A stretch of 64,000 nt of DNA, taken from Erysipelotrichaceae bacterium. GTDB lineage: Bacteria; Bacillota; Clostridia; TANB77; CAG-508. Each line of letters opens with the position of its first letter. Positions within the stretch are counted from its first letter, which is position 1. The translations under genes were made by a program, and so were the position numbers. The notes beneath the pieces are model-generated. The model was not told where the DNA came from, searched no databases, and was given only the letters and a program-made list of their open reading frames with translations. The DNA is taken from the NCBI GenBank assembly GCA_021769225.1, contig JAETTH010000001.1, forward strand, positions 7,449 to 71,448. Direction: 5' to 3'. Below are positions 9,128 to 17,544 of the stretch, one piece after another.

Positions 9128-9158
9128 GTAGGGCTAAACATTAAAAATTTAGCCCTAC
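9128..9158 (-). terminator. Hairpin downstream of the XRE regulator gene (terminator or attenuator)
   Basis: 11-bp stem GTAGGGCTAAA/TTTAGCCCTAC with a 9-nt loop. The T-run on the minus strand is weak. Confidence 0.45.
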
Positions 9159-9162
9159 TATT

Positions 9163-9561
9163 TTATTGTTTATCATCTTTCATTTTCAATAAATAAATTG
9201 ATAAACAGCTCATTCCTATTCCTAGCATAGCAATAGCATTATTTGTCTCAATTTGTTTCAATATAGAAGTAACAATTATACAAATTCCCATTGCAAGAGC
9301 AACACCGATTAAAGCAATATTAATAATATTATTGACTTTATTGTTCTCTTTTTTTGTTTGAGCATTTAATAATTCTTCTACTGTTGTTCCTAAAACTTCT
9401 GCTAATTTTGGAATAGAATTAACATCAGGACAAGATAAGTTTCTTTCCCATTTTGACACAGCTTTATCTGTTACATTCATTTTCTCTGCTAATTCATTTT
9501 GTGTCATTCCTTTTTCTTTTCTTAAAGAACTAATTATTTCTCCAATACTTTTACTTGACAT
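9163..9561 (-). CDS. Membrane-anchored XRE-family HTH regulator
   Basis: N-terminal Cro/C1 HTH (MTQNELAEKMNVTDKAVSKWERNLSCPD) followed by two TM helices. Confidence 0.85.
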   Translation of the reverse strand: MSSKSIGEIISSLRKEKGMTQNELAEKMNVTDKAVSKWERNLSCPDVNSIPKLAEVLGTTVEELLNAQTKKENNKVNNIINIALIGVALAMGICIIVTSILKQIETNNAIAMLGIGMSCLSIYLLKMKDDKQ

Positions 9562-9642
9562 ATTTATCCCTCCTTTGTTAATTCTATTTTACTATCGCTT
9601 TTTTGCAAACTCAACCGACAGTTAGTTTACTTTAATAAACCT

Positions 9643-9759
9643 CTAGTTTATTGTACAAATTACTGTTTTTACTTCTTCTGTAAAATCTAATTCAATAGCA
9701 CCATCTGGAAGTTCTTTGAAAATACCAACCCATTTTCCTTTAAGATTTGATTTAATCAT
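9643..9759 (-). CDS. Small ORF (38 aa), hypothetical or gene remnant
   Basis: Below the ORF-track cutoff. ATG 9759 is preceded by GGAGGTATGT. Translation MIKSNLKGKWVGIFKELPDGAIELDFTEEVKTVICTIN. No family recognised. Confidence 0.3.
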   Translation of the reverse strand: MIKSNLKGKWVGIFKELPDGAIELDFTEEVKTVICTIN

Positions 9760-9779
9760 ACATACCTCCAAATTGTTAT

Positions 9780-10190
9780 TTATATGGGTTTAATCATATT
9801 GTTTTCAAAAAAGGTTTCAAAAGTATTGGTAGCACCACTATGTTCAATAATTTTTCCATCTTTTATTTTGTCAATATCAACTCCTGTAAAAACTAATCTT
9901 TTATTTGTAGGCTTTATACCTATAAATTCTCCTTTATGTGTTCCTTCCATAATAAACTCTGAAATAATATAGTCGCCCTCTGAATATTGATGTAAAATTT
10001 TTATTGTATAATCAGGATATGTTTTTCTTATATCTAAAAGATGTTGTTTCATCCCATTTACTCCCAAAGGTAATATTTTTTCTCCAATCCTTAAAACACA
10101 ATCTTCTGAAATATACTTTGGGATTTCTTTAATTACATTTTGCGAAACTACTGTTTCATAAAAGTATTTTATAATCTTTTTATTTTCCAT
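9780..10190 (-). CDS. SnoaL-like ester cyclase family protein
   Basis: 136 aa. MKQHLLDIRKTYPDYTIKI...GTHKGEFIGIKPTNKRLVFTGVDI pattern typical of predicted ester cyclases (NTF2 fold). Confidence 0.72.
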   Translation of the reverse strand: MENKKIIKYFYETVVSQNVIKEIPKYISEDCVLRIGEKILPLGVNGMKQHLLDIRKTYPDYTIKILHQYSEGDYIISEFIMEGTHKGEFIGIKPTNKRLVFTGVDIDKIKDGKIIEHSGATNTFETFFENNMIKPI

Positions 10191-10252
10191 TTATATCGTC
10201 TCCAATTTAACAAATAAATTGTAATTTGCAATTATTATAAAATTTAAATCTA

Positions 10253-10873
10253 TCAATTTTCTTTTTCCTTTTTTATTTGTAAGTACATTATTATTGAACA
10301 TATAACTATATAAATTATCCAAAAAGCAATAAATTGGTAATATGTGTTACTTGCTAATAATGGGTATGGTGCTAATATTCCACCAATTAAAATGTTATAT
10401 ACCATTGCTAATGGAATAAAAGTAACTATCCATATATTAATCTTCCAAAATTTACTTTTAACAATTATTTTTTCTTTCCCTGTTGATTGATAAGTTCCTA
10501 TTGAGAAAATCATTATACCTAATACAATAAATACTAGACCTGCAATAATACCTCCCACTTCTTGTGTAGCATACCATATAAAACTTGACATTATGATTCC
10601 TAATATAGTTAAAGATGTTGCAACTGTATTAAAAAAATATATATTACTATTTTCCTTTTTAGATATTTTACTACTTTCTATTCCTTTTAGTAAATAGTCT
10701 GTTGTTACCTCAAAGTAATTACTTAATAAGATTACTTTTTCTATATCTGGTATAGATTGCTCACTTTCCCATTTAGATACAGCTTGCCTTGATACTCCTA
10801 TTTTGTCTGCAAGTTCTTCTTGTGAAATTCCTTTCATTTTTCTTAATTTTAATATTCTATCTGCTATTGTCAT
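10253..10873 (-). CDS. Membrane-anchored XRE-family HTH regulator
   Basis: HTH (ISQEELADKIGVSRQAVSKWESEQSIPD) followed by four or more TM helices. Start set at ATG 10873 (MTIADRILK), preceded by AAGGAG. Confidence 0.85.
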   Translation of the reverse strand: MTIADRILKLRKMKGISQEELADKIGVSRQAVSKWESEQSIPDIEKVILLSNYFEVTTDYLLKGIESSKISKKENSNIYFFNTVATSLTILGIIMSSFIWYATQEVGGIIAGLVFIVLGIMIFSIGTYQSTGKEKIIVKSKFWKINIWIVTFIPLAMVYNILIGGILAPYPLLASNTYYQFIAFWIIYIVICSIIMYLQIKKEKEN

Positions 10874-10989
10874 AATAAACAACTCCTTTCGTTTGTTCTA
10901 TTATAACAATTTTACTGGTTGCAACTCTACCAACTATGCCTTTAAATTTGTCAACCAATAGTTGCTATGCAAAACAAACGGTTTTAATC

Positions 10990-11619
10990 CTATATTTTAT
11001 TGTTCAAATAATTTATAATTATATTTGAAAGTTCTATTGGGGTATCAATATTTACTTCGTGTCTTGCATTTTTAATAATATTTAATTTGCTATCTTTTAT
11101 ATGGCTATTTAACTGTTTAGCACTTTCCATATTAACATTATCTTTTTCTCCACATAAGATTAAAGTATTACATTTTATTCTTTCTACTTTTGATTTAATA
11201 TCTAATTCTGTCATTGAATTTGTCAAACTAATAAAATCCTTTTTTGAAATCCCCATACTTTCAAAAGTTTTCTTTGGCATAAACTTAAATATAAAGTTTT
11301 GTATTTTAAATAACTTTTTAGGTATTTCATAAGGTGTTCCTATTAGTATAAGTGAATTGATCTTATCTGGATATTCTACAGCATAATCAATAGATAATAG
11401 TCCACCTAATGACAAACCACATAAATTTATTTTTTCATTAAATGAATTACAATAATCAGTAAAAGTTTTATATGTATTTTCGTAATTTACTTCATAATTT
11501 TTAACTAAGTCAAATAAATTTGGAGTTTCTGTATTTATATTATTTGTACTTAATTCTTCCTTTACCTTGCTCCAACTTGTTTGGTTTTGTCCTAATCCGT
11601 GTACTAAAATATTTTTCAT
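10990..11619 (-). CDS. Alpha/beta hydrolase
   Basis: HGLGQN oxyanion region, nucleophile elbow GLSLGG, C-terminal H (ARHEVN). Confidence 0.8.
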   Translation of the reverse strand: MKNILVHGLGQNQTSWSKVKEELSTNNINTETPNLFDLVKNYEVNYENTYKTFTDYCNSFNEKINLCGLSLGGLLSIDYAVEYPDKINSLILIGTPYEIPKKLFKIQNFIFKFMPKKTFESMGISKKDFISLTNSMTELDIKSKVERIKCNTLILCGEKDNVNMESAKQLNSHIKDSKLNIIKNARHEVNIDTPIELSNIIINYLNNKI

Positions 11620-11946
11620 TTTCTGCTCCTTATTTTCTTTTTCCTACCTTTTGTGGTTACTACTATACAAGAGTCCTATTTCAACTAATCTAATTCATAA
11701 AAAATTAAATATAACTTGGTAGAATATTGTTCTTTGTTTTGTTCAAACTTATCTCTTTCTGCTTTTTCTAAATTTATATTCATAATCCCACTTTTTGCCA
11801 CCATAATTCCAAGTACAATCCATTTCATAATTATCATGGATATAGGAGAACATATTGTATCAAATGCTTGTACTTTTGAGCTTCCAATTATTTTTCTAAT
11901 TCTTTTCTTGTTATTTCTTCCATGGTTTTCTACTCTTTCAATTAAA

Positions 11947-12600
11947 TTATTTTTTTACTACTGGAATTCTTATTACTGTTTTTAACCTTTCTGTTGCTGT
12001 TTTTCTTGGATCAGATAGATAGATTTCATGATGTCTTCTTATGATACCATTTGGTAGTTTTGCTCCTATGTCATTTGTTAGATTTTGATTTTTTATATAT
12101 TCTTCTATTGTTTCTATTGTTTTTGGTTCATTATCATAAGAACCAATGTGCATCATTTGAACACATAAACCTTCTTTGAATTCTTTTAATTCTGCTTTTG
12201 ATACATCAATTTCTTTTTTCTTTTTAAGTTCTTGGCAAGCCCACTTAAAAACTTCTTCTGTTACAAATTCTGGCTGTCTTATCATAGAAATCCATTCAAA
12301 TTTTTCTTTGTGTGCATAATCAATTCCTTGCATATCTTCTTGCCACCATAATCCTTCCAGTGGTGGTATAACATACTCAAAATATCCGTCTATTTTATTT
12401 TCTCCCATTTTACTCATTTTAATGGTAAAGGATAATCCATATAGTAGTTGTAAGGCTTCTTGATAATTTCCATTTTCGCTATTAGGATTTCCTTTTCCTC
12501 TTACCATGATATATTTCATACTTGGTACATTGATTAACATTGGTTTTGCTTTTGGTAAATAAATATCTTTACATTCTTTCTTATAATCTAATTTTTCCAT
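11947..12600 (-). CDS. GyrI-like small-molecule-binding domain protein
   Basis: Family-typical blocks VPSMKYIMVRGKGNPN, PPLEGLWW, MIRQPEFVT, HHEIYLSDPRKT. Confidence 0.8.
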   Translation of the reverse strand: MEKLDYKKECKDIYLPKAKPMLINVPSMKYIMVRGKGNPNSENGNYQEALQLLYGLSFTIKMSKMGENKIDGYFEYVIPPLEGLWWQEDMQGIDYAHKEKFEWISMIRQPEFVTEEVFKWACQELKKKKEIDVSKAELKEFKEGLCVQMMHIGSYDNEPKTIETIEEYIKNQNLTNDIGAKLPNGIIRRHHEIYLSDPRKTATERLKTVIRIPVVKK

Positions 12601-12617
12601 ACCATATACCTCTTTTC

Positions 12618-13106
12618 TTAATCTTCGATTGCTATGTAAATATGAATTTCTGCATTTTCCATATCTTGTGTATTATTTTGATATTCTTCAAAATCACATG
12701 TGTATTTTCTTTTTAAATCCATTTGCCATATTTGTGTCCAAGCTTCCCTTACTACTTTTGACATTTCTCCTATTACTACAAATTTAGCATATTTTCCTTT
12801 CGGAATGATTTTGATTACTTTATTTTTCTCCTGCTCTCTATTTTCTGGTACTTTACTAACTTCTGTACACGCAATAAAATTGTATGGTTTTGTGTAATCT
12901 CCTTCATAATCTGTATATAACCCAATTGTTTTATTGTTTACTTTATTTTCAATTTTACTATACTCTCCCTTCGTATAGAAATCATTCCATAACATTCCAA
13001 TATCCTGTCCCACTGTTTCCCATAGGTTACATGTCCTTACTTCTAGTCCTTCTACTATTGTCTCTTTTCTAGTTACTACCTCATATTTCATTGTTTCTTT
13101 TTCCAT
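12618..13106 (-). CDS. GyrI-like / AraC effector-binding-domain protein (SbmC-like)
   Basis: 162-aa stand-alone effector-binding fold (W..F......I......IGLY.DYEGD...Y.F.....V...........IP.G.YAKF...G). AGGAGG ribosome-binding site 8 nt upstream of ATG 13106. Confidence 0.7.
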   Translation of the reverse strand: MEKETMKYEVVTRKETIVEGLEVRTCNLWETVGQDIGMLWNDFYTKGEYSKIENKVNNKTIGLYTDYEGDYTKPYNFIACTEVSKVPENREQEKNKVIKIIPKGKYAKFVVIGEMSKVVREAWTQIWQMDLKRKYTCDFEEYQNNTQDMENAEIHIYIAIED

Positions 13107-13142
13107 TTTTCTTACCTCCTGTTTTTATTCTAACAAAGGTAA

Positions 13143-13162
13143 TATGACATCAGTATGTCATA
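13143..13162. promoter_or_regulatory. Palindromic operator TATGACAT-CAGT-ATGTCATA upstream of the GyrI-like gene pair
   Basis: Perfect 8-bp arms. 16/17 identical to 15066-15082. On the minus strand it ends 10 nt upstream of a TAGAAT -10. Confidence 0.65.
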
Positions 13163-13241
13163 GTTAGAAAAAGATTCTACTTTCTTTTAAAATAGTTTTT
13201 TTATTTTTATTTTCTTCTGTTTTTTTCGTCTTTTCTTAGGT

Positions 13242-14072
13242 CTATTTTTTCATTGGTTGACAGTTTGGACAATAGTAAATACTACCTCCTAAATAATTTT
13301 CTTTGGTAATTGCTCCATGACATACAGGGCATCCTTCTTTATATGTGTTTTTAGAAAGGATTGTTTTGTAATTGCCAAGATTCCCATACATATCTTTTTC
13401 AGTATCTCTTCCACCTTTTCGGATCATTTCCTCTAGTACAGATTTTGTTTTCTGATATAGTATATCTTTTTCTTCTTCTGACAAGCTTTCTATTTTACGT
13501 TTGGGATGTAGTTTGGCAGCAAATAGGATATCTTGTAAAACACCATTTCCAATTCCAATAATTCTTTGTTCTGTTGCTAAAAATGCTTTTAGACTCATGG
13601 TAGGTTTAACAGAGTGTATTAAATTTATCCAGTACTCATTTGTAAATTCTTTACTAATTGCTGATACTCCTATTTTATTCTTTTGATAATATTCATTCGT
13701 ATTCTCCCCTTGGTAAGCAATAATTCCACCATACATCGCAACTGTAAAAACAAGTTTTTCTCCACTATCTAAAAAAACAGCTAACTGATATTTTACTGGT
13801 AAATTCTCTTCTTCTGTTAACAACCTGATATTTACTCCGTCATTGAAATTCAATTTCGTCTCTTGATCAAATATTATCTCTACATAAATTCCATAGGATT
13901 CTACACTTACTATTTTCTTTCCTTTTAATAACGCATCATATGCCTCTGGCTCTCCTTCATACCAGCAAAATTTATGGACAGAAGAAGGCGGTAATACTTT
14001 CTCTATTTTCTTACCTTTTAATGCTTCTTTTAATTCTCTAGCAAGGTTTACAGACTCTGGTAATTCAATCAT
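13242..14072 (-). CDS. Fpg/Nei-family DNA glycosylase / AP lyase
   Basis: N-terminal MIELPES (catalytic P2/E3 context), H2TH region (GIGNGVLQDILFAAKLHP), C-terminal zinc finger CPVCHG...YYCPNCQ. Confidence 0.85.
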   Translation of the reverse strand: MIELPESVNLARELKEALKGKKIEKVLPPSSVHKFCWYEGEPEAYDALLKGKKIVSVESYGIYVEIIFDQETKLNFNDGVNIRLLTEEENLPVKYQLAVFLDSGEKLVFTVAMYGGIIAYQGENTNEYYQKNKIGVSAISKEFTNEYWINLIHSVKPTMSLKAFLATEQRIIGIGNGVLQDILFAAKLHPKRKIESLSEEEKDILYQKTKSVLEEMIRKGGRDTEKDMYGNLGNYKTILSKNTYKEGCPVCHGAITKENYLGGSIYYCPNCQPMKK

Positions 14073-14095
14073 ATCCTTTCTTCCTTTCTAACTTT

Positions 14096-15031
14096 TTATT
14101 TTTCACTACTATTTTTTTGATACTTCTCCCTCATCTTTTCAATGGTTACAGCCAACTGTTCTTTTACATAACTAGGTTCTAGTATTTCTATTTTATCTCC
14201 AAAAGATAATAAATATCCATATACCCATTCATCTTCTGGATATTCTACTTCTATTAAAAAATTTCCATCTCTATCTTTTGTAATATTCTTTTCTCGAAAT
14301 TCATCACAAACTCGGTAAGCTAAACTTGCATCAACCTTTAGCTTTAAGTTTACTATTTTGATATTAGGAACTTTTCTATTATCCTTGTTTTGATTTTCCG
14401 CATTTTGTTTCATTTCTCTTCTTTCAAACTTTTCGTTCATCACTTCCAAATTTCGTATTCTAGTCATTTTAAAAAGTCTAAAATCTTCTTTTAATTTACA
14501 ATATGCTTTTAAATACCAAGATTTATCTTTAAATACTAATTGCATTGGTTCCATTTCTCTTTTGGAAACTTTTCCATCAGAAGCATAATATTCAATCTTA
14601 AGCACTTGCTGTCTTAAAATAGCTTGTTTAATTTCTTCAAATTGTTCTTTTTCTTTTATTTCATTTCCCCACCCAGAAAAATCAATGCATATCCAATCTA
14701 TTTCTTTCTTCTTAAATAGCGTACCCATTTTTTCCAAAGCAGATGCTCCTTCTCCTGCTTTTAATTCCTTTAGACTTTGCAATCCGAATAGAATCTCATT
14801 TTGTTCTTCTTCTGATACCATTGATTTATCTAATACAAAATTATCTAACAGGCTAATTCCTCCACCTTTTCCTTTTGTTGCATAAATTGGTATCTTTGCA
14901 TTACTTAATATCTCCACATCTCTATAAATTGTTCTAGTGGATACCTCAAATCGATTGGCTAGTTCTTTTGCTGTTATTGTTTTTCTTTCTAATAAGAGAT
15001 ATACAATTTCAAATAATCGATTAATTTGCAT
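14096..15031 (-). CDS. HTH + WYL domain transcriptional regulator (YafY family)
   Basis: N-terminal HTH (MQINRLFEIVYLLLERKTITAKELANRFEVSTRTIYRDVEIL), central WYL region (DKSWYLKAYC...FRLFKMTRI), C-terminal WCX-like domain. Start set at ATG 15031. Confidence 0.85.
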   Translation of the reverse strand: MQINRLFEIVYLLLERKTITAKELANRFEVSTRTIYRDVEILSNAKIPIYATKGKGGGISLLDNFVLDKSMVSEEEQNEILFGLQSLKELKAGEGASALEKMGTLFKKKEIDWICIDFSGWGNEIKEKEQFEEIKQAILRQQVLKIEYYASDGKVSKREMEPMQLVFKDKSWYLKAYCKLKEDFRLFKMTRIRNLEVMNEKFERREMKQNAENQNKDNRKVPNIKIVNLKLKVDASLAYRVCDEFREKNITKDRDGNFLIEVEYPEDEWVYGYLLSFGDKIEILEPSYVKEQLAVTIEKMREKYQKNSSEK

Positions 15032-15065
15032 TTTTTTCACCCTGTATATTATATCATATAAACTA

Positions 15066-15082
15066 GACATTAGTATGTCATA
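15066..15082. promoter_or_regulatory. Second copy of the operator (GACATTAGTATGTCATA) upstream of the WYL regulator operon
   Basis: 16/17 match to 13146-13162. On the minus strand it ends 9 nt upstream of a TATAAT -10. Confidence 0.65.
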
Positions 15083-15094
15083 TTTTAAGTAATT

Positions 15095-15367
15095 TTATTC
15101 TAATTGTCCTTTCCTTTTTTCTTTTATCTTATTGGGAAAATTCTTATCAAATACTTCTACTTCTTTTAATCTTTTAGGAGTAATATTATAGCAACTTGGC
15201 TCGCAATAGATTCCTTGTAAAGTACTTATTTCTTTTGGTTCTAATATTTTAACCATAAAGAACTCTGTTTCCTGGGATGGCTCAGCGCCTTGATAATAGA
15301 TTTGGTATTTTGATGTACTTTCAAACTTAAACTTTTTATAATATTGTGGGTTTCCTGTTATGATAAT
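15095..15367 (-). pseudogene. 3' remnant of a GNAT acetyltransferase gene
   Basis: My translation gives IIITGNPQYYKKFKFES...FFMVKILEP..., the conserved GNAT C-terminal block (G.P.YY..FGF). There is no start codon, and an in-frame TAA lies just upstream. Confidence 0.5.
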
Positions 15368-15480
15368 TACTAGATATTAGTAGTATTTCTTTTTCAATCC
15401 TTTGTATTAATAACAGCAATTTTATTTCCATTTAAGTTTTCTCCCCTATTTATTGTCTATGTCGATATCATTTATATCAT

Positions 15481-15520
15481 AAAAAAGAACAAAAGAATAG
15501 TTTTTGCTAAAACTATTCTT
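15481..15520 (-). terminator. Rho-independent terminator after the second ABC-2 operon
   Basis: 12-bp stem AAGAATAGTTTT/AAAACTATTCTT, loop TGCT, followed on the minus strand by a T-run (TTGTTCTTTTTT). Confidence 0.75.
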
Positions 15521-15566
15521 CTGTTTATATTTTTATTTATTCTTCTAATTTTACTTATCTAAAAAT

Positions 15567-16358
15567 CTATTCTACATTTACACCTTTTTCTAATTGACTT
15601 TTTCCTACTAGATAGTAGATTACTATATAAATTATATAAATTCCTATTGCAAAGTATAGGATGTTTTTTATGCTATCGATACTAATCATATCTGTTGTAT
15701 TAATCAAGTTCATAACTTGAGTGTTAAATAGTCCTAGGACATATATTCCAGCTAAACTTAATAATTGGGTTAGCATATATAGGATAATAGCAGTTGCAAT
15801 TGATTTTACCATTTTTCCGTTATTGAATTGATGTCCTATGATAATTCCAACATATCCTATTAATAGAACAAATACAATTTCTATAAATATTAACGTAGAA
15901 ATGATAAAGATAAGGTTTAATACTGTTGTGTTGTAGGTAGAAGCGGTTATTTCTAATACTGATTTTAAATTATCAATATTAGCTTGTGAATAATAGCAAA
16001 TTGCAAGACAGGTTATGATGACAAGAACTGTTGTAAATATACATATAATAGCTGCTAATACTTTTGATACATATATTGTATTTTTCTTTACTGGCAATGT
16101 ATGGGTTAAATAAGATTCATCTTTATATACATTTCTTACAAATCTTGCCCATGATCTCATCAGGCAGTTTATTAAGCTACTAATCATCATACCAACAGCA
16201 AATGCCATTGAAATTTGTCCTATAGTCTTAAATACTAATGAATTTTCTATGCTATTAAGTCCTCTTCCTATTACAGAAAATAGGAAGGCTAAGATATAAA
16301 ATACTACTACTGCTTTATAAATCCATTTCAAATCATATTTTAATAGTTTTCCTAACAT
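15567..16358 (-). CDS. ABC-2 type transporter permease
   Basis: 263-aa polytopic membrane protein. Overlaps the ATPase stop by 7 nt. Confidence 0.72.
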   Translation of the reverse strand: MLGKLLKYDLKWIYKAVVVFYILAFLFSVIGRGLNSIENSLVFKTIGQISMAFAVGMMISSLINCLMRSWARFVRNVYKDESYLTHTLPVKKNTIYVSKVLAAIICIFTTVLVIITCLAICYYSQANIDNLKSVLEITASTYNTTVLNLIFIISTLIFIEIVFVLLIGYVGIIIGHQFNNGKMVKSIATAIILYMLTQLLSLAGIYVLGLFNTQVMNLINTTDMISIDSIKNILYFAIGIYIIYIVIYYLVGKSQLEKGVNVE

Positions 16359-17047
16359 TTAAAATACCTCCTAAATATTTCATCGATTGAGCTATTTTCT
16401 TTGTTTCTTAATTCATCTGCTGATGAAGTTAGTTTGATTTCTCCCTTGTCTATAAAAATAACTTCATCTAGAATTTTTTCAATATCTGCAATTAAATGAG
16501 TTGACAAAATAACACTTGCTCCTTCATTGAAGTTTGAAAGAATTGTATCTAAAATGTATTCTCTTGTTGCTGGATCAACTCCTCCTAACGGCTCATCTAA
16601 AATATATAGTTCTGCTTTTCTACTCATGACAAGGATAAGTTGTACTTTTTCTTGCATACCTTTTGACATTTTACTTAATTTTTGGTATATATCTAAGTCT
16701 AAATCTTTTAATAATTTTTTTGCTTTTTCTGGTTCAAAATTATCATAAAATTCTGTAAAGAAAGTAATCACCTGCTCTACTGTCATATCTTTATCTAAAT
16801 AAGTTCTTTCTGGCAGATAAGATATTACTTTTTTAGATTCTACTCCTGGTCTTTTTCCATTGATTAGAACTTCTCCTTCTGTTGGTACTAATAAGTCATT
16901 GGTTAGTTTAATTAATGTTGTTTTTCCACTTCCATTTTTACCTAAAAGTCCAATAATTTTTCCTCTTGCTATTTTTAGATTGATGTCTTTTAAAGCTTGT
17001 TTTGTTCCATAGCTTTTTGATAGATGCTTATATTCTAATAATTCCAT
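16352..17047 (-). CDS. ABC transporter ATP-binding protein
   Basis: Walker A GKNGSGKTT, signature-like SKGMQEKV, Walker B LYILDEPLGGVD. Confidence 0.9.
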   Translation of the reverse strand: MELLEYKHLSKSYGTKQALKDINLKIARGKIIGLLGKNGSGKTTLIKLTNDLLVPTEGEVLINGKRPGVESKKVISYLPERTYLDKDMTVEQVITFFTEFYDNFEPEKAKKLLKDLDLDIYQKLSKMSKGMQEKVQLILVMSRKAELYILDEPLGGVDPATREYILDTILSNFNEGASVILSTHLIADIEKILDEVIFIDKGEIKLTSSADELRNKENSSIDEIFRRYFKC

Positions 17048-17058
17048 CTTTTTTCCTC

Positions 17059-17418
17059 CTAATTTTCTAACTCTTGTAAATACTTAATTGCCTCGTCTTT
17101 AGAAACTCCTATTTTTTTCATGGCATTTAAGTATTCTTCTCCAGTTTTTTGTGCAAGATTTTTTTTCATATTTTCAATTAGTTCTTTATTCTCAGTAACA
17201 AATTTTCCATTTGTTCTTTCTGTATATATTAATCCTTCTTCTTCTAATTCGATTAGAGCTTTTTGCATGGTGTTAGGATTTACTTTTGCTTGCATTGCAA
17301 AGTCTCTTACCGATGGAATTCTACTTCCTGATACTAATTTCCCGGTTATAATATACAACTTTAATTGTTCTACTAATTGAATATAGATAGGCCTATCCAT
17401 TTCAAAAATAAAATCCAT
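17059..17418 (-). CDS. GntR-family transcriptional regulator, YtrA subfamily
   Basis: 119 aa. PIYIQLVEQLK...IPSVRDFAMQAKVNPNTMQKALIELEEEG. Confidence 0.88.
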   Translation of the reverse strand: MDFIFEMDRPIYIQLVEQLKLYIITGKLVSGSRIPSVRDFAMQAKVNPNTMQKALIELEEEGLIYTERTNGKFVTENKELIENMKKNLAQKTGEEYLNAMKKIGVSKDEAIKYLQELEN

Positions 17419-17434
17419 TCTTTCTTCCTTTCTT

Positions 17435-17486
17435 CATTGTATTACTAGCATAATACAATGATACATTTTTTGTTTTAAAAAGTCAA
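17435..17486 (-). promoter_or_regulatory. Promoter (TTGACT-17-TATCAT) with overlapping 10-bp-arm inverted repeat operator
   Basis: CATTGTATTA-N6-TAATACAATG (17435-17460), perfect arms. -10 at 17458-17463 and -35 at 17481-17486 on the minus strand. Confidence 0.62.
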
Positions 17487-17511
17487 TATATTTTAATTAA
17501 AATTTCTATTT

Positions 17512-17544
17512 CTAAAACAAAAAATAGCAGTATTATCTGCTATT
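17512..17544 (-). terminator. Rho-independent terminator overlapping the lgt stop codon
   Basis: Stem ATAGCAG/CTGCTAT, 6-nt loop, then TTTTTTGTTTT on the minus strand. Confidence 0.65.

Noticed and set aside
11620-11946. Possible small minus-strand gene (MEEITRKELEK-stop, then IGSSKVQAFDTICSPISMIIMKWIVLGIMVAKSG...). One extra A in GAAAAATAA would fuse the pieces. Also the plus-strand ORF at 11716-11985.
   Set aside because: No family was recognised for either piece, and no convincing ribosome-binding site or start for the second piece. The plus-strand ORF overlaps the next gene and looks like a shadow ORF. The evidence is too weak to call a gene or a frameshift.
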